A stretch of 64,000 bases of DNA from the human T2T-CHM13v2.0 reference genome, Homo sapiens: assembly GCF_009914755.1 (NCBI RefSeq), contig NC_060947.1; one strand, written 5' to 3'. A program made the translations under genes and the position numbers. The notes under the pieces were generated by a model. That model saw only the letters and a program-made list of their open reading frames with translations, was not told the DNA's origin and searched no databases. Below are positions 45,532-59,519 of the stretch, piece by piece (position 1 is the stretch's first letter; the number at the start of each line of letters is the position of its first letter).

Positions 45532-46178
45532 TGTAAACCAAAAATAATATTCTAAGCCCCTCCCCAACCAGCTGAATGGACCTAGCTCTCAGACAAAGGC
45601 ATTCCACAGTAAATCTGAAACACTATTTCAGGCCATGAATTCAGGCACAGCTGACCAGTATTTATATTAAAATAGAGACCTTAAGACTGAAAGAACAGAC
45701 TCTGATGAGTCTCTGATAAGACTCTAATAAATCTCTGATAACACTCTGATAACCTGATAAGAAACATTTACAATCCATTCTCTCTGAAGCCTGCTACCAG
45801 GAGGCTTCATCTGCACGATGAAACCATGGTCTCTACAGCCCCTTATTTTAACCAAGACACTCCCTTCTATTGATTCCAGGTATTTAGGGAAACTCTTTCA
45901 ACCAATTGCCAATCAGAAAATCTTTGAATCCACCTATCACCTGGAAACTGTCCACCCTTCAAGTTATCTTCCCCTTGTGGACCGAACAAATGTACCTCTT
46001 ACTTGTATTGATCAATGTCTCATATGTCCTTAAAATGTATAAAACCAAGCTATGCCCTCACCACCTTGGGCCCATGTTCTCAGGATCTTCTGAGGCTGCG
46101 TCACGGGCGCATCTTTAACCTTGGCAAAATAAACTTCTAAATTGATTGAGACATGTCTCAGATACTTTTTGGTTTATA
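45532..46178 (+). mobile_element. MER4B-like ERV1 solo LTR
   Basis: 5' 'tgtaaaccaaaaataatattctaagcccc', 'aaaatgtataaaaccaagc', 'ggcaaaataaacttctaaattgattgagac'. Confidence 0.82.
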
Positions 46179-47357
46179 GTAGCTAAGAGGGGTAACCATA
46201 GAACTGAAGGGATTTTTAATCCATGACACGGAGCTATATGTAAAATAGATGAACATGAAAAAGGCAGGGAAATAGAGTTTCTAGCTTGGGAAGCTTAGGC
46301 TGTAACCTCCACCTCCAAATCATCTCCTCAGTCCAATGATGCTAAGATGCACCTCTCTGAAATTGAAATTAAAACTCCTGTCAACTGAGTTTGCCATGAG
46401 TTATATGACTGAGTTTACTCTAAATAAACAAGAGTAGATGTTCTGTTCTTGATAGCCAGATAGCAAATAAATTTATTTCAGAAAAACATTTAAAAATGTG
46501 CATTTCTTCTACCCCTGAACATGTGGCTTGAAAAATTCTCCATTAAAGTGGATATTAGTGAAGAATGGCTAGTTGCTGTATCCTTCTCTGTTTTCTCTGT
46601 GTCTTTATGGAGAATCCTGTTGTACACCCAGAAACAATGCATCAAACTTAATAATACCTTTCTGACCCAACCTTCTAAACCAGGAAGCAGGCGTGAGCAT
46701 TGCTGAGTGAGTTGCCAAGAGGGTTCTTTATATTTTTTTCCTAATGAGAATACTTTCATTATACAGGCATAATACATACAAGAGTTGTTTGGGGGAACAT
46801 TTACAGGCGTGGAATTCAGTTCCAAATGTCCATTTCATCCCCCCGCGCTGTACTGCATGCTCACATTATGGTTCTGCCCAAAAAGAATGGGACAAAGAGC
46901 TAATGCTGTCTGAACAGAGAGCTTCGATTAAATAGTCTCCCAAGCCAAGAACAGAGCCCAGCATCCTCTTAATTCTTAATACCCTTGGTACATGTGAATA
47001 AAACCTTAAGATGTGTTATAGATTACCCCATCACCATTAAAAGTTATTATTAAAATTGAATCCCATTTCTCAAAAGGTTGTAAGAACTTGCAGCAGTGTT
47101 TACAGAGCCTATTGAATTATGCATAACTAAATTCTGTGCACTCAACACATTGTTTCTCAAAATTTACAGCCTCCATGGGGACTTGGGGATGACCGGCAGC
47201 AACAAATTGCTTCGTGCCTATCCTTTTCAAGTTTACTCGAAACATCTGAAATAAATATGTGAATAAAACTTCAGTACCTTAGAAGAATTTGTTGTTTCAA
47301 AGAGTCTTTCATTTAAAGAGTTAACTTTCAAAGTTTATTTTTAAGAAAAGAAAGGAA

Positions 47358-47658
47358 TGGCTCATGCCTGTAATCCCAGTGCTTTGGGAGGCCTAGGCAG
47401 GTGGATCACCTGAGGTCAGAAGTTCGAGACCAGCCTGACCAACATGGTGAAACACTGCCTCTACTAAAAATACAAAAACATTAGACAGATGTGGTGATAT
47501 ATACCTGTAATCTCAGCTACTCGGGAGACTGAGGCATAAGAATTGCTTGAACCTGGGAGGCAGAGATTACAACGAGCCGAGATCTTACCACTTCACTCCA
47601 GCCTGGGTGACAGAGTGAAAAAAAAAAAAGGAACAAAAGAAAAGAAAAAAAGAAAAAA
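47358..47658 (+). mobile_element. AluS, first bases missing
   Basis: 'ggatcacctgaggtcagaagttcgagacc'. Confidence 0.9.
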
Positions 47659-47995
47659 CCATCAGCAGGCTTCGTTTCTACAAGTTTCCTAAAACCAGAA
47701 GTTCTTCTTTGAACATGGGATTTAAAGTGTGTCATATACCACTTAGTAACTAGTTGCTAGAATAGAATCTTTGCCTCCTACTAGAAGATTTGATTTCTGA
47801 AGAAGCTAGATAAAGAGAAACAGAGAAATACTTTTTTAAAGATAAATATTTAGTAGACACAAAAAAACTCAGCCATTACCTTAACACTGACAAAACAAGT
47901 TATTGTTGACCTGCTAACTGGATCACATCAATTTAACATTTCACCATCTAAGTATGTGGGTTTTTTCTTAGCCCAGAAAATTTATTTAAAAGAGA

Positions 47996-48247
47996 TTTTT
48001 TTGTTTTGTTTTGAGACAGGATCTTGCTCTGTCACTCAGGCTGGTGTAAAGTGGTGCAATCATAGCTCACTGCAACCTCTGCTTCCCAGGCTCAAGGGAT
48101 CCTCCCACCTCATCCTCCCTAGTAGCTGAGGCCACAGGTGTGCATCACCAAACCCAGGTAATTTTTGCATTTTTTTTGTAGAGATGGGGTTTCACCATGT
48201 TGCCCAGGCTGGTGTTGGACTCCTCCGCTCAAGTGATCTGCCTGCCA
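47996..48247 (-). mobile_element. AluJ, 5'-truncated
   Basis: 'caggctcaagggatcctcccacctc'. Confidence 0.85.
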
Positions 48248-48375
48248 AAGGAGACTTTTTTAAAAAGTCTTTAAAAGATTCTGACTCAGCCAGGAGACCT
48301 ACCTTCAAGCCTTTTCTTCCTTTCGTATCCTCTTTTCTGCAATTCAGAGATAATGTCTAGATCTCCATAAATCCC

Positions 48376-49170
48376 TGTGACAATTTTATGTGTCAACTTG
48401 ACTGCACCACCAGGTGCCCAGATGCTTGGTTAAACATTGTTCTGGGTGTTTCTGTGAGGGCTGTGCTGAATGAGATTAGCATTTGAATGCATAGACTAAG
48501 TCAGGTCGATGGTTCTCTTCAATGTGGATGAACATCTTTCATCCTCGGAGGCCTGAATGCAAAAAAAAAAAAAAAAAAAAAGGCTAAGAAAGAATTCTCT
48601 CTGCGCTGGACTGCATTCAATCTGGAAACTAGTCTTCTGTCTTTTGATTGGGACTTAAAGTGGAACTTAAACTATCGGTTCTCCTGGGTCTGGACTTATA
48701 TAAAAATATATATATACATATGCATATGTGTATATATTTTTATGTAGGTAACTATATATGCCTGTGTATGTACATAGATATATATGTATGTATATTTATA
48801 TATGAGTTTATATAAATATTTTTATATATGCATGTGTGTATATATATCTTTCTAAGATGTTTGGACATATATGTATATATATACATGAAACACCTGGGCA
48901 TGATTGACACATAAAATTAATCATCACAAAGATTTATGGAGACATTGTCATCAATAAATATATGTATGTATATTTACATGTACACATATAATGACATTTA
49001 TTCATATGAATATGGGATATATATGCATATACATACATACATAGGTAAATTTATTTATACAAATAGGATATATATGTATTTATGCATAACAGAATGAATA
49101 GGGTGTGCACACATCCTATACACACACACATGCTATTCATTCTGTTTCTCTGGAGAAACATGACAGATAT
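48376..49170 (+). mobile_element. MLT2D-like ERVL solo LTR with expanded internal TA-rich tract (~48700-49130)
   Basis: 5' 'aattttatgtgtcaacttgact', 'gaatgagattagcatttgaat', 3' 'ttctgtttctctggagaaacatgac'. Confidence 0.8.
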
Positions 49171-49199
49171 AACTTTCTGGAGCAAAGATTAAAATTTAA

Positions 49200-49480
<281 letters not shown>

Positions 49481-49719
49481 AAAATTTAAGGATTTTTAAA
49501 GTTTGCAAAAATGGTCACGTGGCTTGACAAATATGTATTTGCTATATTTTATTATTTCACGCTCTCCTGAATCAGGCATTTTGTTATGCTGTTTATTTGT
49601 TTCAGCTACTGCCCCCTACTTAAACAAAACAAACTTCCTTCACCACATGTTCCTTTCCAAAGACACCACATTTTTCTGTTATTTTCTTGCAAAATTCTTC
49701 AAGACAGTTGTCTAGACTC

Positions 49720-50170
49720 ACGTACTCCTCTTTGTTTGCAATAGTCCAGACCGGGAAATGCCTATCCACCAATATTTAATAGTATTTAAACCATGATATA
49801 TCCATATACTACTAGTCAGTGATACATGGGAATGAATAATGCAAACCACAACATAGCTAAATATCAAAATTATTATGCTGAGCAAAAAAATCCAGGAAAG
49901 AAAACCACACATACACTCAGATTCCATTTTTGTAAAATCCCACAGAGTACCAATGTATCTACAGTGTCAAAAAATGGAAGGGTCAGTTCCTGGGACAGGA
50001 AAGTGGGAGTAGCTGGAGTCAAAGGATACATTGGAAGTGGAGGGACATGTTCAATGTGTTGAATGGGAAAAAGTCACACAGTTGACTACATGTGTCAAAG
50101 CTTATCATTAGTCCCCTTTGAATATGTAAACATTTTTGTATATTATTTATACCCCAATTAAGGTTTTAAA
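49720..50170 (+). mobile_element. Ancient L1ME-type 3' end
   Basis: 'aattattatgctgagcaaaaaaatccag', 'agattccatttttgtaaaat'. Confidence 0.6.
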
Positions 50171-50720
50171 AATTTATCTTTCAGTTTAGTTATAGACTTG
50201 TACTCAATTACAGAGGTTCAGTTCAGTTTCCATCTTTATTTTATATTCTGAATCATTACACTTTCATCTGCTTTTTTATAATTACCACGATCTCCTCAGT
50301 GAGGGCTGGTGTATACTGATAGCAAATTGTCGGACTGGGTGTTATTATGAGCATGATTGTCCACGGTTTCTCTAATCTAGGTTGGTTACGAGATGGACAG
50401 TTGAAGAGGGTGGCTAGAAAGAACATGAAATCAATATCAGAAACTAGAAGCAAGGCAGAACTCCTATAAATTGGATTGAGGGTACAATCAAATCTTATAT
50501 ATGTGATTGTATATACATGGCAAAATTAAATTATAGATGTAGATTTGGAAGGGATTTTTAAGCAGACTAGGAGGTAAGAATTTGCTCCTGTTGAAATGTT
50601 TTGTTAAGTTTAAATATAAGCTTTTCTGAGACACTTCTTGATAACTGTTTCATGGTATAGATGCCACATTTTAATGTTGTTAAACCACAAGAACATCTTT
50701 AGTTTTAGAAAGTAAGTTTA

Positions 50721-51089
<369 letters not shown>

Positions 51090-51605
51090 TCAAAGTTAAA
51101 GATAAAGAAACAGTACAGGAGTTGGATAAACATGTCTTGTACTGTATACTCTGTTTCAGAACTTCGGACATAAGAAAAAATTAACATTACTATTCTTGAA
51201 ATACCTCAAATGTGTTAGCCCTTTTTACTTACCATAAAGGTCAAATATCCATCCAAACTGAAGCTTCTCTTAAAACTCATCTCATTAGTAAAACAACAGA
51301 ATGTCACGTAAAACTCATCACTGCCAACCAGGGTATTATAAGACTTACACTTAACCAAGGTCTACGATGAACAATTGGTCCATTACACATCATGCCAGCA
51401 GACCAATACTATAAAATATAGCACAGATTCAGACTCTTTTCAACGTCTGATCCACTCTCAGTTTCTCCGGGGAAGGGAAGACAAATACCAATGAGATAAA
51501 GAAGTTGGTGCTGTGTCTTGTACTTGTTCTCGTTTGCGCTTACCAGAAAACTCCATGTGAGCAAGACCCCTCACTGGTACCATGACTAAGTTGACCTGGG
51601 ACATC

Positions 51606-51606
<1 letters not shown>

Positions 51607-51660
<54 letters not shown>

Positions 51661-51669
51661 TGTGTGTGT
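51607..51669. repeat. (TG)~30 microsatellite
   Basis: Direct reading. Confidence 0.95.
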
Positions 51670-52654
51670 CACTCTAGTTCACATGGATGTATCAAATTTT
51701 ATATGCAAATCCATTTCTTTACATATTCATAAGACAATCTTTCTGTCTTTCAGCTCTTTAGATTTTTCCATGTTACTGGTTTCTAGGTTAAAAAAAATCT
51801 AGTGTACCAAAATGACAATTTTGAAATTCCATAGCATTGGATGACATCATTTTAGCTATTTCAAGAAGCGCTCAATTCTAAGCCTTATATGTGAATATGA
51901 ATCACTATTTCATGTTACATGATTCTACTTGGCAGTGAGTGGAGCTCTGCTTTGCTCAAGAAGAGTAGATGTATTTCTGTATTCCTGACATAAAGTAGAA
52001 ATTTGGTTATGAAGATAGAAAAGAGATTGACTAACCTTTCTCATGGGATCTTTCCTCTGTAGGTTACAGGGGATAAGTACATCATTTCCATGGTGACCGG
52101 TGATGTAGAGAAGACACAGGAAAATTGACCACTAACAAGTCATATCCACTGGATTGAATGCCATAATGGATGTGAAACACTCATCTTCACTTTTTACATG
52201 AAGTAAGCAAAATTTGCCCCCACTTAAAGTAACAGAACTGTTGATTGTTGTTCTTTCATGTTCTTACTGCTGTCTGGTCTCAAATTTCTCTGGATTATGT
52301 TCAAGAATCTGTGTCTCTGAACTTTATTCATAGGACGGTGCTCTTAGTTTGTGGTATAGTCTTAGCATGAGCAGGGAAGCCCTGCATAACACCACATAGT
52401 ATTTTCTTAGAAGGCATAGGGGTTGAGCAGCTTTGTTGGAGTTTTATTACTAGAGAAATAGAGATGAAGGCAGCAAGAAGAGAATCCTGTCTCGGAACCC
52501 TGAAATTCATCCCAATGGCAGTCATATCCTCAGGGTCCATGTTTTATTCTTCAGAGATTTTATGTACATTGGAAACAGGTTTTACAAAGTTACTTTTAAG
52601 TTTCACTTCAATGTGAATGGCTATATACAAAAGATTCTCCACCTGACATTTTGT

Positions 52655-53204
52655 TGTTTGTTTTTTCTAACTTTTATTTAGATTCACGGGTACATGTGCA
52701 GATTTGTTACATAGGTAGACTTATGTCTCTGGGGTTTGTCGTACAGTTTATTTCATCACCCAGGTACTAGGCCTAGTACCCAATAGATATTTTTTTCTGC
52801 TCCTCTCTCTCCTCCCACCCTCCACCCTCAAGCAGGCCCCAGTGTCAGTTGTTCCCTTCTTTGTGTCCGTATGTCCTCATCATTTAACTCCCACTTGCAA
52901 GTAAGAAGATGTGGCGTTTGGTTTTCTGTTCCTGCGTTTGTTCACTTAGGATAATGGCTTCCAGCCCCATCCTTGTCTCTGCAAAGGGCATGATCTCATT
53001 CTTTTTTATGGCCACATAATATTTCATGGTATATCTGTACCACATTTTCTTTATCCAGTCTACCACTCATGGGCATTTAGGTTGATTCCATGTCTTTGTT
53101 ACTGCAAATAGTGCTGTGATTAACATATGTGTGCATGTGTCTTTATGATAGAACAAATTATATTCCTTTGGATATATACCCTGTAATGGGATTGCTGATT
53201 TAAT
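52655..53204 (-). mobile_element. L1PA15/16-type 3' end
   Basis: 'ttatttcatcacccaggtactaggcctagtacccaatag', 'cctcaagcaggccccagtgtc'. Confidence 0.88.
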
Positions 53205-53206
53205 TG

Positions 53207-53294
53207 TATAATATAATATAATATAATAATATAATATAATATAATATAATATAATATAATATAATAATATAATATAATATAATATAATATAATA
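53207..53294. repeat. (TATAA)n pentanucleotide repeat
   Basis: Direct reading. Confidence 0.95.
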
Positions 53295-53343
53295 CATATT
53301 ATACAGAGCTGTAGCCATCAAAAGTATTTGAAGAGATATATAG

Positions 53344-53615
<272 letters not shown>

Positions 53616-53745
53616 GAATCTAGTAATATATTTAAATGCGAATTCTTCATGACAAAGTGATTTATCCCAGAGGATAAGATTGTGCAAACATTTGAAAATT
53701 AATCATTTATATTGACCATATTATCAGAAATAAGGAAGAGATTCT

Positions 53746-54140
53746 AGTTATGGACTAAATTTTGTTCCCCCAAACTCCAAAATTTATATATTCAAGTCCT
53801 GATTCCCCAGTATCTGAGGATGTGACTATAGTTGGAGATAAGGCCTTTAAAGAGGTGATGAAATTAAAATGAGGATAGTAGGGTGGGTCCTAATACAATA
53901 TGACTACTGTCCCCAGAAGAAGAGGAAATCTGGATACACAGAGGCACCAATGATACTCAGAGAAGAGTTCATGTGAAGACACAGCAGGGAGGTGGCCACA
54001 TGCAAGACAAAGAGAGCAGTCTCAGAAGAAATCAACCCTGCCAACTCCTAGTCTTGGACTTCCAGCCTCCAGGACTGTGAGAAAATAAACTTTTTTGTCA
54101 TTTAAGCCCCCCAGGCTGTGGTACTTTGTTATGGCAAGTT
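53746..54140 (+). mobile_element. MLT1A/B-type MaLR solo LTR
   Basis: 'ggagataaggcctttaaagaggtga', 'cttggacttccagcctccaggactgtgagaaaataaa'. Confidence 0.82.
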
Positions 54141-54159
54141 GACTTGACCAATTAATCGC

Positions 54160-56145
54160 CTGTAATTATCTCAATAAATAAAGAAGAAGCACTTGACAAA
54201 ATTCAACATGTTAATTTTTAAAATTCTAACAGAAAAAAATCTGCAGAGCTTTATGTAGTTATCAAATAAGATCTTAAATCTAACATCCAAATTTAATGGT
54301 GAAAGGCTATGCTATTGTTCATGAATCAGGAACAAAATAAAGATGTCTGTTTCTGTTACTTTTAGACAAAATTTTGCTAGAGCTATTAGCAGTACCAAAA
54401 AGGACGAAAAGGGGTTAAAAAATGAACATAGATTACAAAGACCTAAAACTCCATCTATTCATACACAACATGATCATTTATAAAGAATATACCAAGTTAT
54501 CTACAAAATAACAAGAAAATGAGTTCAGCAAGTTTCCAAGGAACAAGTTAAATAAACAAAATTAAATTTATTTTTATGCTTGTGCTATAAATATTTGGAA
54601 AGGAAAATTAAAACAATGTGTAATGCTCAAAAGCAGCAGAAAATATGACACACTTAGGATGAATTTAGTAAAGCATGTAATATTTGTAGACTAAAAAAGA
54701 AATCATTGATGAAATTAATGAAATAAAACATAAATTAGCACAGTAAATCACCAAGATTCAAGAGAAAATATAGATAACCTTAGATTTGGCAATGACCTTT
54801 GAGGTACAATACATAGCTCATTTCTTTCTATTCCTGAATATTATTTGTATCACAAGTTCAATTTATCACTTTTTTTCATATTTCATATTCACTTTTTTAT
54901 CTTCTATTAAAAAAGTGATACATTGAACTTCATTAAAATTGAAAACTTATGCTGTGCAAAATATACTGTTAATAGAATGACAAAACAAGTCATAGACAGG
55001 GAGAAATCATTTTTGAAACACATATCTGATTAAGACTTGTATCCAAAATTTACAAAAAACACTTAAATTTCAAGGATAAGAAATGAAAAAAACAACCCAA
55101 CAAAAAGTCAGCCAAAGATCTGAAGAGATATCTCACCAAAAAAGATATGCACAGGTTTGATAAACATATAAAAAGAGGCTCAACATCATATGCCTTTAAA
55201 GAATTAAAAATTAAAACAATGAGAGACCACTAGACACTTTTTTAGAGTGGCTAAAATCAAATACTGAAAACACTAAAGGATGACAAGGACGTGGAACAAC
55301 AGTAATTCTCATTCATTGCTGATGGGAATGCAAAATGGTACAGCCACTTTGGAAGGCAATTCGATGGTTTCTTACAGAACTAAACATATTAATCCAACAG
55401 TATCAATAATTACATTAAGTTTAATCTTACCATAGGATCCAGCAACTGTGCACCTTGATGTTTACCTAAATGAGTTGAAAACTTGCATCCACACAAAAAA
55501 TCTGCACTTGGATGTTTATAGCAGCTTCATTCATAATTGATCAAACTTGGAAACAAACAAGATGTCCTTAATTGGGTCAATGAATCAGCAAACAGTGATG
55601 CATCAGAGGATGGAATACTATTCAGGAATAGAGACAAATGAGCTATCAAGCTATGAAAAAACATGAAGGAACCGTAAATGCATATTTGTAAGAAAGAGAG
55701 TATGAACGTCCACATACCACATGATTCCAAATATATGACATCTCAAAAAAGGCAAAACTACAGAGACAGTAAACAGATCAGTGGCTATCAGGAGTTTGGA
55801 GGGGAGAGAAGAGGAATAAAAAGGTGTAGCTTACAGAGAAATTTTAGGGCAGTGAAACTATTCTATCTGACACTGTATGGTAAATGACACTAAACATTTT
55901 TCAACACCCCAAAAAACTGTACAACACCAAATGTAACCCCTACTGTAAACTTAGTACTTTAGTTTACAATAGTGTATCAACGAAGGTTCATTAATTCTGT
56001 CTAATGCACGACACTAATATAGGATGTTAGTAACGGGGAAATTGTCTTCAGAGGGAGAGGGTGTATGCGGTAGTTGCGTGTACTTTCTCCCCAACTCTTC
56101 TGTGAACCTAAAACTGCCATAAAATAGTATTTTAAATTAAAAAAG
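54160..56145 (+). mobile_element. L1MC-type ORF2 and 3' end relic
   Basis: 'cacttgacaaaattcaacat', 'ttgctgatgggaatgcaaaatggtacagccactttggaag', 'ttctgtgaacctaaaactgc'. Confidence 0.8.
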
Positions 56146-56819
56146 TAAAACAACTACTGAACTTCAAAATTACATTCATGTCTCTGAAACGTTATGCTGA
56201 ATGAAGTAAGCCAGACACGATAGGCTATATGATACATGATCCATTCATCTAAAATTCTAAGAAATAAATCTAATCTAAAGGGACAAAATTAGACCAATGT
56301 TTGGCTGCTGCTGGATGACAGGAATAGTGACTATAATGGGAAATAGGCAAATATTTGGAGATATAGAAACTGTACCTTCCTCTGGTGGTGCTTGCATAGG
56401 TATATATATCTTACATTTGTATTTACCTTAAGTTATTATAAATTAATAAAGGGGAAATTAAAATGCAAATTATGATCCATGAAATATTTAAAATGCTGAG
56501 AACTTTGGTATCCAATTTGCAGGCTACGGACAGAGTCTAATTAAATAATATTTAATCCATTCCCAATTAATTTTTTAAAAGTAACTTTTCATGAAAGACA
56601 ATTAATTTTATGCATTTCCTTATCTTATTCTTGTTCCTCCCTCAAATTTAGTAGAATTACCTTAAAGGTATAACATTTTATAAGACTAAAAATATGACAA
56701 GAAATTCCGCTGAAGGTGTTGGCAGAAGGATTTGTATTGGACTGTGTTTTTCCTGGCAACACGAAGCAAAACTATACATACACACAAACGCACACACACA
56801 CAAAGATACACAAACATAA

Positions 56820-57380
56820 TAACCATACATAGTTTTATATAACTATATGTAATATATCTAATATTATATGTAATACATTATATGTAAGTAAATAAGTTTA
56901 TATAGTCTATATATAGAAATAAGTTTATTTATATATATGTTTATATGTAAATAAACTTTTTTTTTTGAGACCAAGTTTCACTATTGTTGCCCAGGCTGGA
57001 GTGCACTGGCGCGATTATAAATAAAATTATTTTATATAATATATAGACTATAGAACTATATATATTTATATGTGTTTATATATATATAAATAAGTTTATA
57101 TATTATTAACTTATTACACTTATAGAATTGAATTTATTAAAGTCAACTTATTAAACTTGTATAAACTTATTTTTACATAAACTTCTTTATAAAAATAATA
57201 TATAACTATATAAATATATAATATAATACAACATATGGTTATAGTTATATAACTATATATAGTGGTATAGTTACATAAAACTAATATACATAAACTACAT
57301 ATAGTTTTACTTATAGTTTTTATATATACAGTTTAACATAAGTATATATAGTTTATATAAAAATTATACAGAGATATATT
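56820..57380. repeat. TA-rich low-complexity block containing a ~60-bp antisense Alu 3' fragment (56957-57015)
   Basis: Direct reading; 'ttttgagaccaagtttcactattgttgcccaggctggagtgc'. Confidence 0.85.
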
Positions 57381-58713
57381 TATTCATTTCTGAAGGTCAC
57401 TAGAATGCAATGAAAGTCAAGTATAAATTTGAGGTGTCAACACCCTTGTGTAAAGAGCAAAAACAGCAGATGACACTCATATATAACAGAGAGTCCTATG
57501 AGGGCACTTAATTTGCAAAGTACACGGAAAGAACATGTGAAGAAATAGCTGTTTGACAGGTTTGGGGAGTCAGATTTACATTCAATAGTGCCCATGAATT
57601 TGTAAAGCAAAGTTGGCTATATGCAACGGTAGACATCACAGTGTGATGAGTCCCTAAATCTATAGGAATTTCCTTCAAATCCTTGCCTAACAACTAATTT
57701 CAAATATTCAGTGTGAGACTCAAAGGATCCCCACAGAGAGCAATCAATTTAGGCTAAAAGAGCTGAGGAGAGGTTTTCTCAGCTTCTTGTTGCTGGGGAG
57801 ACACGGGTTGAAGGTCAAATTCAGCTCAGTTAAAATAGCTGGGTCAAAATCCCGGGATTTTGCTAAAACCCTGCAAGGGTTGCATGCAAAGCAAAAAGAC
57901 TGTGTTCTAGGAATAAGGGCCAAGTGAAAATAAAGAGAAACTCATTTTTTAAAAAGAATTTAACCAACTCTCTGCAGAATCAATGGAAGGTGATAGTAGT
58001 GTAATTTCCTGAAAGACCTCAACCCTTCAACGGAAGACAGCAAATTCAAGAGTCTCTAGACCTTGCCTTTCAGAAGGAAACACATGCTATAGAAAATAAC
58101 TAAATCTGTAAAGAACAGGAAAAGTTAATATCACCTGGCCTAAAGGAAAGATACATGTTTGACTCATGAAACAAAGACATAAAATATATCTTATAATTGT
58201 GTTGCAGTCTTTACATTAAAAGGTGTATAGAATCTGTGAAAAGAATGGGAATAACAAGAGAGACATACTTTTATTAAATTAAAATGTCATTCTTTAATAT
58301 AATTAAAAAATATACTTTAAAAGGTATAGTAAAAATGTACACAAGATTGAGAAGAATGCAAAAATGTTAATTTTCACCACTTCTACAAATCATTGTGCTG
58401 GAGGCTTGAGACAGTACATTATGCAAAGAAAAAGGAAAAAAAAGTACATAGAATGAGAAAAAAGTTATTTTTTTCTTTATTTACAGATTGTTACAGGAAA
58501 AATCCCAAGACTTCTACAAAAACAAATTCTAAACTAATAAATATGTTTAGCAAGGTTTCAGGATACAGATTCAATGTTCAGAAATTAAATCTATTTTTAT
58601 TTTCTAGTAGGAAACAATTCAACATTTAAAAAAGTCATTCAATATGGTATAAGGATTATTTTGCAAAATGTGTGACCAAAAAATGTGATATTCATGGCTT
58701 AAAATTTTATATA

Positions 58714-59472
58714 TGAGGACTTAACTCTGATTTTTTTTTATCTTGCCCTAATTCCTATCTAAGGGGTCTAGGGAGTCATGCCCTATAAACCATAAATTCT
58801 CATCAGATGGGTTTTATTTGATCCTATATATTGTGACTTACTTTTCAACCTGACTCTGGCATAACATTATGAGACAAGGAAAGAATGTTTAACCCCAAAA
58901 TGTATTTCCTTGCCATACCTTGAAATTCCCCGGCAAAGTCTCTTGTGGCAAAAACCCACATCCTATAGAGAAGCCCCTTTCCCCTTTGTTTTCTTTCCTT
59001 TTTTTCCAGATCCAGGAGATAATCAACTAAAAGCCAGGCATCCTTTTAAGTCCCATAAGAAACATTTTACAACCTGCTCTCTCTGAAGTCTGCAATCCGA
59101 GAGCTTCCTCTGCACAATAAAACTTGGTCTCCACAATCTTTTATCTTGACCTGAACATTTCCTTTCTATTGATCCCAGGTCTTCAAATAAACTCAACCAA
59201 TTGTCAACCAGAAAATGTTTAAATTTACCTATAGCCTGGAAGCCTCCCCTTTGAGTTGTCCCACCTTTGTGAACCAAACCAATGTATTTCTTAAATGTAT
59301 TTAATTGATGTTTCATGCCTTCGTAAAATATATAAAACCAAGCTGTACCCCGACCACCTTGGACACATGTTCTCAGGACCTCCTGAGGGCTGTGTCACAG
59401 GCCATGGTCACTCATATTTGGCTAAGAATAAATCTCTTCAAATATTTTACGGAGTTTGACTCTTAGTCAACA
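58714..59472 (+). mobile_element. MER4E-like ERV1 solo LTR, full length
   Basis: 5' 'tgaggacttaactctgatttttt', 'aaaccaagctgtaccccgaccacc', AATAAA, 3' 'gtcaaca' then (CA)n. Confidence 0.85.
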
Positions 59473-59519
59473 CACACACACACACACACACACAAATATT
59501 TTTGAGAGATGAGAAACTA

